A DNA stretch of 64,000 bases from an uncultured Acidobacteriota bacterium (GCA_963804995.1 CAWDSK010000006.1:2048001-2112000), one strand, 5' to 3'; shown: positions 1 to 9,790, counted from the stretch's first letter. Notes: generated by a model not told the origin, from the letters alone. Numbers and translations: made by a program.

Positions 1-1
1 A

Positions 2-1177
2 GTGGTTAGCCTGGCAAAAGCTCAGGTGCCGAACGCCCAGGCGCCGCTGGCGGCTAAAGCCCTCGGAGACGTCACCAGCATCCAACCCGGCAAACTAACC
101 CTGCACACAGAAAAAAGTGGCGACGTCCAAGTCCTTTTGGGCGACAACGTCTCCGTTCTGCGGGTTCCGCCGGGCGCAAGGGATTTGAAGACCGCAGCCA
201 AAATCACGGTAGGTGAAATCAGTGTGGGTGACCGGGTATCGGTGATTGGCCACCTCTCGGACAACCAGAAATCCCTGCAGGCGAGCCGCGTCATTGTGAT
301 GACGAAGTCAGATCTTGCCAGTGCACATCAAGCCGAAGCACTGGATTGGCAGCGGCGCGGAATCGGGGGGGTGGTTAAGGCGGTGGACCCGGCAACCAAA
401 GAGATTACGGTTGCGGTTCCGAACACGCCCCCTACCCCGGGGAATCCGACTCATCCTGTCATCCTGACTCAAACGCCGAAGACTGTGCTCCTGCGCTACG
501 CTCCAGACTCGGTAAAGTTCAGCGACGCCATACCCAGCACCTTTGACGCGATCAAGGTGGGTGATCAAGTCCGCGCCCTGGGCACCAAGAGCGACAACGG
601 CACTCACTACGCGGTCGAGAAGTTAGTTTCAGGAACCTTCCGTAACCTGGGCGTGACCGTGATGTCCGTGGACGCGCAAGCGAACACTCTGACAGTAAAG
701 GATCTGACTTCCGGGAAGCCCCTGTTGGTACATACGACCCCGGATTCCAAGATGCACCAACTCCCGCCTGAGGTGGCCGAGCGGATTGCCCGTTTCAACT
801 CGGGGGCACCGGCTCCGGGGGCGGCGGCAGGGGAAACGCCCCGCGCCGGAGGGGCCGAAGGAGGCGGGGCCCAAGGCGGTCCTGGTGCTCCAGGCGGTCC
901 CGTTGGCCCAGGCGAGGGAAACGGTAACCACCGTGGCGGGGGAATGGGTAATTTCAATCAGATGCTTGAACACATGCCGGCGCTGACTCTCAGCGAACTG
1001 AAATCCGGCGATCCCCTCATCGTGGTCTGTACGGCGGGAGCGAATCCCTCGGAAGTAACGGCCATTGCCATTCTTTCCGGTGTGGAACCCATTCTTACTG
1101 CCCGACCAAAGGGTGGGGGCGACGTGAATCTGGGGTCTTGGAACCTTAGCATGGGCGGTGGCGGAGGCGAGCAGTAG
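2..1177 (+). CDS. Secreted hypothetical protein with repeated beta-rich (DUF5666-like) modules and Gly-rich linker; probably 5'-truncated by the window edge
   Basis: 391-aa ORF open from the window start; repeated 'IKVGDQVRALG'/'ISVGDRVSVIG'/'LKSGDPLIVVC' motifs; directly upstream of a TonB-dependent receptor. Confidence 0.6.
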   Translation: MVSLAKAQVPNAQAPLAAKALGDVTSIQPGKLTLHTEKSGDVQVLLGDNVSVLRVPPGARDLKTAAKITVGEISVGDRVSVIGHLSDNQKSLQASRVIVMTKSDLASAHQAEALDWQRRGIGGVVKAVDPATKEITVAVPNTPPTPGNPTHPVILTQTPKTVLLRYAPDSVKFSDAIPSTFDAIKVGDQVRALGTKSDNGTHYAVEKLVSGTFRNLGVTVMSVDAQANTLTVKDLTSGKPLLVHTTPDSKMHQLPPEVAERIARFNSGAPAPGAAAGETPRAGGAEGGGAQGGPGAPGGPVGPGEGNGNHRGGGMGNFNQMLEHMPALTLSELKSGDPLIVVCTAGANPSEVTAIAILSGVEPILTARPKGGGDVNLGSWNLSMGGGGGEQ

Positions 1178-1293
1178 AACCATCCCCGAGCCGTGATTCT
1201 CTTCCTAAGGTGATCGGTACTGCCAGACCGACCCCGAGTGCCGCAACACTTGGGACATGGCCTCTGCGAAAGAATTATGGAGGATTAGTCAAG

Positions 1294-4191
1294 GTGAACG
1301 ACTTGTTAAGAAATCCGCAGCGAACGTTCTGCGCAGTGTTGCTGGCATTTTTCCTGGTTCCTATTTGTATTTTCGGCCAAGCCAGCCGCCCCAGCCTGAG
1401 CGGCCAAGTTCTTGACCCCTCGGGCGCGGCAGTTCCTGCCCTTACCGTCTCGGTCACTGGGCCGGGAGGGACAGCCCTGGTTGCTCAAACCGACGATCAG
1501 GGCCGGTACGCTTTCCGCAACCTGCCCCCTGGCACTTACAAGCTCCAAATCCAACTCAAGGGATTTACCGACTTCGTGAAGACCGGCATCGTAATCGCCC
1601 GCGGCCAGCCCCAGGTCGTGGATGTTCATCTGGAAGTGGCTCTTGAGAAGCAACAGGTCACGGTGACCGATGAGACGACCAAGGTCAGTGTGTCACCGAC
1701 CGAGAACGCCAGTTCGTTGGTCATCAAAGGGAAAGACATTGAATCGCTCTCGGATGACCCTGATGAATTGCAGTCGGAGTTGGAAGCTCTGGCGGGGCCT
1801 GCCGCGGGGCCCAATGGAGGCCAGGTCTACATCGACGGATTCACCGGCGGCCAACTTCCGCCCAAATCCTCGATCCGGGAAATCCGCGTCAATCAGAATC
1901 CCTTTTCCGCCCAATATGACTCTCTGGGCTATGGGAGGATCGAGGTTCTTACCAAGCCGGGCACGGACAAGCTGCATGGCCAGGTTTTTTATAGCGGCAA
2001 CGACTCCGCATTCAATACCCGGAATCCCTTCGCGGCGCAGGTGCCGGCTTACCACTCTGAACTCTTCGACGGGAATATTGGCGGCCCTATCAACAAGAGA
2101 ACCTCGTATTATTTTGACGGGCAGCGCCGCAATATCCAGGACGACTCCGTTGTGAGCGCCGTAATTCTCGATTCCAACTTCGACCAGGTTCCCTTTAGCC
2201 AGGCACTCCCAGCTCCTCAAACGCGCACCAACCTCAGTCCCCGGGTTGACACTCAATTCGGCACCAATAATACTTTGACGGTTCGTTATCAGTTGTGGCA
2301 GGACAACGAAACCAATCAAGGTGTGGGCCAGTTCAATCTTCCCTCGCAGGCCTACAGCTACGGCAGCACGGATCACTCCATTCAAGTCAGTGATGCCCAG
2401 GTGTTAAGTGAGAAGGCCGTAACGGAGGTCCGGTTCCGTTTTCACCATTACATCTACAATCAATTGCCGCAGAGTCTGGCGACAACGATTTCAGTCCCAG
2501 GGGCATTCTACGGCGGTGGAAATAGCTCCGGGACAAGCCATTACACTGAAGATTCCTATGAATTTCAGAACTATACCTCCTGGTCTCTAAGCAAACACTT
2601 CCTGAAGTTTGGAGCGCGACTTCGGGATTATGTCCCCGCCTCGAGTTCGACCTCGAACTTCAATGGCACTTTTACCTTCCCCTCGCTCAATGCCTATCAA
2701 ATTACGGAGCAGGGTCTCGAAGCGGGGATGACTCCCGCCCAGATCAGTGCCGCCGGGGGCGGAGCGAGCCAGTTCGTCGTCGTGGCAGGAAACCCTGTTG
2801 CTCAGGTTCACTACCTTGACTTTGAACCCTACGTGGAGGACAACTGGAAGGCGCTCCCCAATCTGACGGTCAGCGCGGGGCTGCGCTTTGAAACCCAAAC
2901 CCACATTCACGATCACGCCGATTTCGCTCCTCGTCTTGGCATCGCCTGGGGCTTTGGAAAAGGGAAATCACCCAAAACGGTTTTGCGCGCGGGCAGCGGA
3001 GTCTTTTACGACCGCTTCGGCGAGAGCTTGATCCTTAACGCCGACCGCCTGAATGGGGTCAACCAGCAGGAGTACATTGTCCCCTCGCCCAACTTCTTCC
3101 CCACCATTCCCCCGGTCAGCACGTTCGCGGGGAATCTGATTGCGTCCACGGTCTACCAGATTGACCCGAACTTACGCGCCCCTTATACGATCCAATCAGG
3201 GGTGGGGCTGGAGCGGCAAGTTTCCAAGATCGCCACGGTCTCCGTGACCTATCTCAACGCCCATGGCGTTCATGAACTTCACTCGCGTAACATCAATGCG
3301 CCGGACCCGGCGAATCCCTCCAGCAGCCCGTACCCTTTGGGCAGCACGGCCCCCTTGTATCAATACGAATCCGACGGGCTCTACAACCAGAACCAGATGA
3401 TCTCCAACTTTAATATTCGAGGCCCGAAGTTCTCGCTTTCTGGTTTTTACACTCTCAGCTACGCCGACAGTAATATCGCAGGATCTGGCAGCTTTCCCAT
3501 GAACCAATACAACCTGGAAGAGGACTATGGACGCTCCTCGTGGGATGTGCGCCATCGCGTCTTCCTGGGAGGCAGTTGGAACCTTCCGCGGGGCTTCCAG
3601 CTCTTTCCCTTTGTGGTGGCGAATTCCCCCCGTCCTTTCAATATCACGGTGGGTAAGGATTTGAATGGCGATTCGATTTATAACGACCGGCCCACCTTTG
3701 CTACCAACCTGTCAGCTCCCGGCGTGATAGTTACGCGCTGGGGTGCCTTCAACACCACCCTCCCAACCGCCGGTGAAACCGTCATCCCCCCTAATTACGG
3801 CATAGGGTACTCCCAGTTCGCCGTCAATTTGCGCCTCAGCAAGACATTCGGATTCGGCAGAGAAATCGCCCACGGGGCGGGTGCTGGAGGTCCTGGCGGG
3901 GGAGGCAATCGTGGCGGCGGAGGATACGGCCGCGGTCTGGGCGGTCAGGGACTCAGCAGCGGAGGGGGAGGTGGCGGATTTTGGGGAGGCGGAGGAGCCT
4001 CGACGAACCGCCGTTACAACCTTACGTTAAGTGTCTCTGCGCGTAATCTCTTAAACAACGTCAACTTGTCGTCGCCGACCGGTAATCTCAGCTCGCCGCT
4101 TTTTGGTCACTCCAATGGACTGGCGGGCGGGTTCTTCGGTAGCAGCGCTGCAAATCGCCGAATCGACTTGCAGGCGCGGTTCACTTTCTAG
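1294..4191 (+). CDS. TonB-dependent receptor (carboxypeptidase-regulatory-like N-domain, Oar-like barrel)
   Basis: Signal peptide; 'SLSGQVLDPSGAAVP...TDDQGRYAFRNLPPGTY' N-domain; C-terminal 'RRIDLQARFTF' beta-signal; GTG at 1294 follows GGAGG (ORF track starts at 1210). Confidence 0.9.
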   Translation: MNDLLRNPQRTFCAVLLAFFLVPICIFGQASRPSLSGQVLDPSGAAVPALTVSVTGPGGTALVAQTDDQGRYAFRNLPPGTYKLQIQLKGFTDFVKTGIVIARGQPQVVDVHLEVALEKQQVTVTDETTKVSVSPTENASSLVIKGKDIESLSDDPDELQSELEALAGPAAGPNGGQVYIDGFTGGQLPPKSSIREIRVNQNPFSAQYDSLGYGRIEVLTKPGTDKLHGQVFYSGNDSAFNTRNPFAAQVPAYHSELFDGNIGGPINKRTSYYFDGQRRNIQDDSVVSAVILDSNFDQVPFSQALPAPQTRTNLSPRVDTQFGTNNTLTVRYQLWQDNETNQGVGQFNLPSQAYSYGSTDHSIQVSDAQVLSEKAVTEVRFRFHHYIYNQLPQSLATTISVPGAFYGGGNSSGTSHYTEDSYEFQNYTSWSLSKHFLKFGARLRDYVPASSSTSNFNGTFTFPSLNAYQITEQGLEAGMTPAQISAAGGGASQFVVVAGNPVAQVHYLDFEPYVEDNWKALPNLTVSAGLRFETQTHIHDHADFAPRLGIAWGFGKGKSPKTVLRAGSGVFYDRFGESLILNADRLNGVNQQEYIVPSPNFFPTIPPVSTFAGNLIASTVYQIDPNLRAPYTIQSGVGLERQVSKIATVSVTYLNAHGVHELHSRNINAPDPANPSSSPYPLGSTAPLYQYESDGLYNQNQMISNFNIRGPKFSLSGFYTLSYADSNIAGSGSFPMNQYNLEEDYGRSSWDVRHRVFLGGSWNLPRGFQLFPFVVANSPRPFNITVGKDLNGDSIYNDRPTFATNLSAPGVIVTRWGAFNTTLPTAGETVIPPNYGIGYSQFAVNLRLSKTFGFGREIAHGAGAGGPGGGGNRGGGGYGRGLGGQGLSSGGGGGGFWGGGGASTNRRYNLTLSVSARNLLNNVNLSSPTGNLSSPLFGHSNGLAGGFFGSSAANRRIDLQARFTF

Positions 4192-4218
4192 TGATTCGGG
4201 GCTCGGCTTTTAGTTCTT

Positions 4219-4260
4219 AGCCCTCTCCCTGGGGCACGCTCAGCCCGCGGGGAGAGGGCT
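4219..4260. repeat. CCCTCTCCC...GGGAGAGGG palindrome (REP-like or terminator-like)
   Basis: agccctctccc ... gggagagggct inverted repeat between the receptor and sulfatase genes. Confidence 0.6.
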
Positions 4261-4281
4261 TGCTATTTGGATCTTACGCTT

Positions 4282-6111
4282 ATGCTTCACGCGAAAACCC
4301 AAAGGCCCCGCCCAGCCGCGGGTTTGGGATTGTTCATCTTCCTCTGGTGCCAACTCTGTGTGGGCGCTGCAGCACCTCCCGACGTGAGCCCTTCCACCCC
4401 CATCATCCTAATCTCCATTGACACTCTCCGCGCCGACCATCTCAGCGCCTACGGGTATAGCAAGATTCAAACGCCCCACTTGGACTCGTTCGCGAAGGGA
4501 GGCACGCTATTTAAGCAAGTTGAGTCGCAAATCCCGCTCACGCTACCCTCCCACACCTCCCTATTCACATCCACGTATCCCTTCCAGAATCGCATTGAAG
4601 AAAACGGTGAGCGCGTGCCCCCCGGGGCCGTGACGCTCGCCTCCGTACTGCGGTCGCACGGCTACAAAACCGCCGCCTTCATCGGCAGTGATTTCCTGGA
4701 CAGCCGTTTCGGGTTGGACCAGGGCTTCGACTTTTACGAGAGTCCTTTCAATCTGGAAGCTGCCCGCGTCACGAATCCCTTCTCCATGACCGTGCGGCGA
4801 AACGGCGCCCTGGTAGTGCGCGCCGCGCGCCAGTGGCTTAACGCGAACCGCGGCCAGCCGGTTTTCGCCTTTGTTCACCTCTATGATTTACACGAGCCCT
4901 ATGACCTCCCGCAGGATGCGGCCCGGCAGCGGGGCATCTCACAGTACGATGCGGAGCTTGAATACGTTGACCAGGTGCTGGGCGAGTTCAAACAAACCCT
5001 GATCGAGTCGGGATGGTGGGAGAAGTCCTTAGTGATCCTGCTCTCAGACCACGGCGAAGGTCTGGGGGAGCACCAGGAGTCCGACCACGGCTACTTTATC
5101 TACGAAAGCACGCTTTGGGTGCCGTTGATTCTGCATTGGCCGGCGGGCGCCGCGGGCTATCCGGCCGTCGCACCAGTCCCTTGCGGTTTGATCGACGTGG
5201 CGCCGACCATTCTGGATTTTCTGCACCTCCCCACCCCGGGTTCCTTCGTGGGCAGAAGCCAGCTTGGCACGATCAAGGCAGGGGATGCCGGCGGCCCCAG
5301 CGCGGTCTACAGCGAAAGTCTCTATGCTCACGACGCCTTCCGCTGGGCACCGCTCCGCTCTCTGCGCGCTGAAAGATACAAACTCATTGACGCGCCCAAG
5401 GCGGAACTTTACGACCTCGATGCCGACCCCCACGAAAAAACCAACCTCCTGCCCAGGAAATCCGCAATCGCCTCCGAACTTCACACCCAGCTTGACACTC
5501 TGCTCGCTCACTACGCACCCACGAGCCCAGCCCCGACCCAGCAGATTTCGCAGGAAACGCTCGCCGCCCTTGAGTCTCTCGGCTACCTCGCGGTGGCGCC
5601 TCCCGCCGAAGCAGAGGGCCCCGGACCCGACCCCAAGGACCGCCTGGAAGAGTACCACGCATACGCAGCCGCCCTCTTGGCGCTTGAGGAGGGACACGCG
5701 AATCTGGCACTCCCCAAGTTTCGCGAGATTCTGGCAAAGTCCCCGCACAACACGCTGGCGCGGTTTCATCTGGGCGAATGCTACTTCAAGACTGACCAAC
5801 CCGAGAATGCCCTGCGGGAATGGACCACGACGCTCAAGCTCGATCCCGCCTACGCGCCCGCTGCCGAAGCCCTGGGAGAGTACTGGCTGGAGCGGGGGGA
5901 CTACACCAAGGCGCGCCTGCGCTTTGCACAGGTGGTGGCGCTGACCCCAGATAGTTACACCGGCCAATTCAAATTAGCGATCGCTGAGGAGCACCTGGGA
6001 CTTCTCAAGGAAGCTCTGGGGCATCTTGAAGCCGCCTGCAATATTGCCCCCCACTCTGAAAAGTGCGCCGAGGAATTGCAGGCACTCCGGCAGAAGACGA
6101 AGCAAATGTAG
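4282..6111 (+). CDS. Sulfatase-like (alkaline phosphatase superfamily) hydrolase with C-terminal TPR repeats
   Basis: 'ILISIDTLRADHL', 'PLTLPSHTSLFT', 'LLSDHGE', 'DVAPTIL' motifs; helical TPR-like tail; N-terminal signal peptide. Confidence 0.85.
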   Translation: MLHAKTQRPRPAAGLGLFIFLWCQLCVGAAAPPDVSPSTPIILISIDTLRADHLSAYGYSKIQTPHLDSFAKGGTLFKQVESQIPLTLPSHTSLFTSTYPFQNRIEENGERVPPGAVTLASVLRSHGYKTAAFIGSDFLDSRFGLDQGFDFYESPFNLEAARVTNPFSMTVRRNGALVVRAARQWLNANRGQPVFAFVHLYDLHEPYDLPQDAARQRGISQYDAELEYVDQVLGEFKQTLIESGWWEKSLVILLSDHGEGLGEHQESDHGYFIYESTLWVPLILHWPAGAAGYPAVAPVPCGLIDVAPTILDFLHLPTPGSFVGRSQLGTIKAGDAGGPSAVYSESLYAHDAFRWAPLRSLRAERYKLIDAPKAELYDLDADPHEKTNLLPRKSAIASELHTQLDTLLAHYAPTSPAPTQQISQETLAALESLGYLAVAPPAEAEGPGPDPKDRLEEYHAYAAALLALEEGHANLALPKFREILAKSPHNTLARFHLGECYFKTDQPENALREWTTTLKLDPAYAPAAEALGEYWLERGDYTKARLRFAQVVALTPDSYTGQFKLAIAEEHLGLLKEALGHLEAACNIAPHSEKCAEELQALRQKTKQM

Positions 6112-6227
6112 CCCAGTTAGATAGTTGTCAGCGGCTTAAGGGATGGCGTCGGGGGAGGGAGAAGGTCCTTCTCAGTAAGACATTTTGTCATAGCGATATC
6201 CAGTTTTTGGTAGGCCTTGTAAGTGGG

Positions 6228-6311
6228 TTTGTTTTCAGAATGTTCTCAGCTTTGGGGGAACGAAAATCGCCTTTCCCCGCCCTTTGTTTTCAGTATGTTC
6301 TCAGCTTTGGG
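6228..6311 (+). repeat. Two 29-bp direct repeats (one mismatch) separated by 26 bp
   Basis: tttgttttcag(a/t)atgttctcagctttggg at 6228-6256 and 6283-6311. Confidence 0.8.
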
Positions 6312-6520
6312 AAAATGGCGTCTTGGGCGGACATAAAGGCGCTGTGAAATCCGGGGTGTGGCTGCGGCTACATAACTCCCTTCTTGCCCCACTTGCCCAG
6401 CCCAGCCTTGCCCTGTACGCGCCTTGGCGCCGGGGGGGGTCACGCGGTACGATAACAATTATACCTCACTAGTAAACAATGTCAAGCACATAATTCCGGT
6501 GAGTGGTGTCGCAGTTTGAG

Positions 6521-6571
6521 GTGCCACGGGCGTCCCGCCCGTGCTCGGGCATGGCCGGGACGGCCATGGCA
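6521..6571. repeat. REP-like double hairpin (GGGCGTCCCGCCC type)
   Basis: gtgccacgggcgtcccgcccgtg ... catggccgggacggccatggcac. Confidence 0.55.
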
Positions 6572-6863
6572 CGGCTTTGGTTGCGGCTCCGCCGCGCTGC
6601 GCCTCTGCGTCTCTGCGCGAGATGCTTTGGCTCGTTCAGGGATTTTTTCACAGCTTCAGAGGGCGGGGCTTCACAGGCTGCGGAAAAGTCTTCGGTATGC
6701 GAGGTGGCGGCGACTTTACCTCACCTTGACTTCAAAGGGTGAGCAGCATTGAGGGGGGAAATCGGAATCCCCGCTCAAAAAAACGGCGTACAATGGGGAC
6801 CGCGGAGGGCTCTATTCTGCCTTCCGCCGCAATTATAATTCTCCGCGTACGCGGGGGTGTTTC

Positions 6864-7343
6864 ATGGCGAAAGTCACGGAACTGCTGATCAATGGTGTGG
6901 AGTATTCCGTTGAGGTTGACTCGGACGCGAGTCTCCTGAGCGTCTTGCGCAACGACCTCAACCTGACAGGAAGCAAATATGGTTGTGGTGAGGGCCAGTG
7001 TGGCGCCTGCACGGTATTGATCGGGGGATTACCGCGACGTTCCTGCATTACTCCTGTAAGCGATGCCGCGCGGAAGCCCATCACGACGATCGAGGGCCTG
7101 GAGAAGGATGGCCAACTGCACCCCGTTCAGCAAGCGTTTCTCGATGAAGGTGTCATGCAGTGCGGCTATTGTACTTCCGGCATGATCATGACCGCGGTGG
7201 GCTTGCTGAAGGTCCACCCTGATCCGACGGAAAAGGAGATCGCTCACTTCCTGGAGGGCCACGTCTGCCGATGCGGAACCTATGGGCGCATCATTGCTGC
7301 CGTTCGCCGGTCGGCAAAATCCCTGCAGGAGGTGCGCTCGTGA
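6864..7343 (+). CDS. (2Fe-2S)-binding small subunit of a xanthine-dehydrogenase-family molybdoenzyme (IorA/CoxS-like)
   Basis: 'GSKYGCGEGQCGACTV', 'QCGYCTSG', 'CRCGTY' motifs. Confidence 0.95.
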   Translation: MAKVTELLINGVEYSVEVDSDASLLSVLRNDLNLTGSKYGCGEGQCGACTVLIGGLPRRSCITPVSDAARKPITTIEGLEKDGQLHPVQQAFLDEGVMQCGYCTSGMIMTAVGLLKVHPDPTEKEIAHFLEGHVCRCGTYGRIIAAVRRSAKSLQEVRS

Positions 7344-9556
7344 AAACACTTTGGAACCACCCCCCGACCCACTCCTTGGAAAGGAGAGGAGCCGAAACTC
7401 CCCTCCTTAGTAAGGAGGGGTGCCCGGAGGGCGGGGTGGTTGAACCCGAACGCTACGAATTGAGTGCTCCCGCCACTTATCACTTTGCGCTGCCACGGCG
7501 CGATTTCTTCAAGGTGTTGGGCGGCGGCATCGTGGTTTTCTGCCTCCTTGATAGCCCTTTGATTGGGCAGGAAGCCGGTCGCGCCCGCCGTCGGCCCGAG
7601 GAATCTCTGCCGCAGGACATCGCTGCCTGGCTGCACGTCACCGAAAAGGGTGAAGTCAACGTTTGCACGGGCAAGGTGGAGGTGGGGCAGAACATTCGCA
7701 CCTCGCTCACGCAGGCCGTGGCCGAGGAGTTGCGGATTGCGCCCGGCTCGATCCACCTCCTCATGGGCGACACCGACCACGTTCCCTTTGATATGGGGAC
7801 TTTCGGCAGCCGGACAACTCCCACCATGAACCCGCAACTTCGCCGGGCGGCTGCTACCGCGCGGGAAGCCCTCATCGACCTCGCCGCCGAGGCTTGGAAA
7901 GTAGACCGCACGAAACTGGTGGCGGCCAATGGCGCCGTAACAAATCCGGAAACACGTCAAGCCGCAAGCTACGCGGAACTGGCCAAGGGGCGCGAACTCG
8001 CGAAGACCATTCCTGCGGAAGACCCTCTCACTCCTGCGACCGGATGGACGGTCATGGGCAAGCCGCTCCCGAAGGTCACGGGCCGCGACATCGTTACGGG
8101 CAGGCATCGCTACCCTTCTGACATCAAGCTGCCCGGGATGCATTACGGCAAAATTCTGCGGCCGCCTGCTTTCGGCGCCACACTCACTTCTCTCGACTCG
8201 CACGAGGCGCAATCGATGCCCGGCGTAACTGTGGTGCACGACGGTAACTTTGTGGGCGTTACTGCCCCCAATCCATACCTTGCCGAGAGTGCTCTCGCTG
8301 CTTTGCGCGCCACGTGGAAATCCCCGCCGCAGCCCTCCAGCGATGAGTTGTTCGATTACTTGAAGAAGAATGTGGAGCACGGAGAGGACCGCAACCGCCA
8401 CGCCGTCGGCTCAATGGAAAAGGGCCTGGCGGACGCGAGCCTGCGGCATAAACAAACCTACACCGTCTCCTACATCGCGCACGCGCCGCTGGAGCCCCGC
8501 GCCGCCGTGGCCGAATGGAAAGACGGCAAGCTGAGCGTGTGGACCGGAACCCAGCGGCCTTTCGGAGTGCGCGGCGAACTGGCGGAAGCCTTTCACCTGC
8601 CGGAAGACCAGGTGCGGGTCCAGATGCCTGACATGGGCTCGGGCTACGGCGGCAAGCACACCGGCGAAGCGGCCGTGGAAGCGGCGCGCCTGGCCCAGGC
8701 CGCGCGCCAGCCCGTGAAGCTGGTGTGGACGCGCGAGGAGGAATTCACCTGGGCCTATTTTCGTCCGGCCGGAGTCATCGAAGTTTCCGCCGGCCTGCGA
8801 AGTGATGGCACGATCACCGCGTGGGAATTCCACAATTACAATTCCGGCGGCGCCGCCATCGGCACGCTCTACAACATACCGAATCAGCTCATTGAGTTTC
8901 ACTCCACCCAATCACCTTTGCGCCAGGGCTCGTATCGCTCGCTCGCTGCCACGGCCAATCATTTTGCGCGCGAGTCTTTCATGGATGAGCTTGCACACCT
9001 GGCCAAGATGGACCCACTGGAATTCCGGCTCAAGAACCTCGAGGATGCGCGCTTCCGGGCGGTGCTCGAAGCCGCCGCGCAGAAGTTCGGCTGGGGCCAA
9101 TCCAAGCCTCAGCCGGGGCATGGCTTCGGCATTGCGGGTGGGTTTGATAAAAATGGCTACGTGGCGACCTGCGCGGAAGTGGCGGTCGATCCTGAAACCC
9201 ACCAGGTAAACGTGGTGCGTGTGGTGACGGCCTTCGATTGTGGCGCGGTGGTCAATCCCGATCAGCTTCGCAATCAGATCGAGGGCGCGAATGTGATGGG
9301 TCTCGGCGGCGCATTGTTTGAAGCCATCAAGTTCGAAAACGGGCGCATCCTGAACCCGCACTTTGCGCAATATCGCGTGCCGCGCTTCAGTGACGCTCCC
9401 GCGCTGGAAGTCGTCCTGATCGATCGGAAGGATGTGCCTTCGGCGGGGGCGGGGGAAACTCCCATCGTGGGCATCGCGCCGGCCGTCGGTAATGCTATCT
9501 TCGCGGCTACAGGCAAACGCCTGCGCGGCCTGCCGATGGCTCCGAAGGGGGTGTAG
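7340..9556 (+). CDS. Molybdopterin-binding large subunit (isoquinoline 1-oxidoreductase beta / IorB-like)
   Basis: 'GKVEVGQNIRT', 'HAPLEP', 'GSGYGGK', 'GAGETP' motifs; GTGA overlap with the small-subunit stop; alternative GTG start at 7436. Confidence 0.9.
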   Translation: MKTLWNHPPTHSLERRGAETPLLSKEGCPEGGVVEPERYELSAPATYHFALPRRDFFKVLGGGIVVFCLLDSPLIGQEAGRARRRPEESLPQDIAAWLHVTEKGEVNVCTGKVEVGQNIRTSLTQAVAEELRIAPGSIHLLMGDTDHVPFDMGTFGSRTTPTMNPQLRRAAATAREALIDLAAEAWKVDRTKLVAANGAVTNPETRQAASYAELAKGRELAKTIPAEDPLTPATGWTVMGKPLPKVTGRDIVTGRHRYPSDIKLPGMHYGKILRPPAFGATLTSLDSHEAQSMPGVTVVHDGNFVGVTAPNPYLAESALAALRATWKSPPQPSSDELFDYLKKNVEHGEDRNRHAVGSMEKGLADASLRHKQTYTVSYIAHAPLEPRAAVAEWKDGKLSVWTGTQRPFGVRGELAEAFHLPEDQVRVQMPDMGSGYGGKHTGEAAVEAARLAQAARQPVKLVWTREEEFTWAYFRPAGVIEVSAGLRSDGTITAWEFHNYNSGGAAIGTLYNIPNQLIEFHSTQSPLRQGSYRSLAATANHFARESFMDELAHLAKMDPLEFRLKNLEDARFRAVLEAAAQKFGWGQSKPQPGHGFGIAGGFDKNGYVATCAEVAVDPETHQVNVVRVVTAFDCGAVVNPDQLRNQIEGANVMGLGGALFEAIKFENGRILNPHFAQYRVPRFSDAPALEVVLIDRKDVPSAGAGETPIVGIAPAVGNAIFAATGKRLRGLPMAPKGV
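7355..7441. repeat. 87-bp palindromic element (AACCACCCC...GGGGTGGTT family) at the 5' end of the molybdoenzyme gene
   Basis: Terminal inverted repeats plus internal hairpin cccctccttagtaaggagggg; related to intergenic elements at 31717-31870, 57190-57351 and 62099-62194. Confidence 0.8.
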
Positions 9557-9601
9557 AGCAGGTGGAGTAGCCGTAGACAAAAAAGGGGGGCGCAAAACGT
9601 C

Positions 9602-9679
9602 TGAAGACGGGGAAGTTGGTGGGACGTCGCGCGCTATGCCGCGCGGAGAGCAACTTCTGGGACAAGTCCCAAGATGACA
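9602..9679. repeat. Dispersed ~78-bp non-coding element, copy 1 (copy 2 at 51070-51148)
   Basis: gtgggacgtcgcgcgctatgccgcgcggagagcaacttctgggaca matches gtgggacctcgctcgctatgccccgcggagagcaacaagtgggaca. Confidence 0.7.
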
Positions 9680-9790
9680 AAAAGTCGTGGACGGATTGCC
9701 CCTCCACCGTGCCGCACACTTGGCCGCGCGGAAAAATATACCGGAATTATCCCAATACGCGGCGGGGGCGTAACCCGCCGTTTGAAAAGC

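Noticed and set aside
6228..6311. CRISPR array
   Set aside because: Only two repeats, not palindromic, no cas genes or leader recognised.
6641..6690. Possible IS-end remnants (gattttttcacagcttc / caggctgcggaaaagtc)
   Set aside because: Short resemblance only; no transposase or target duplication to support it.
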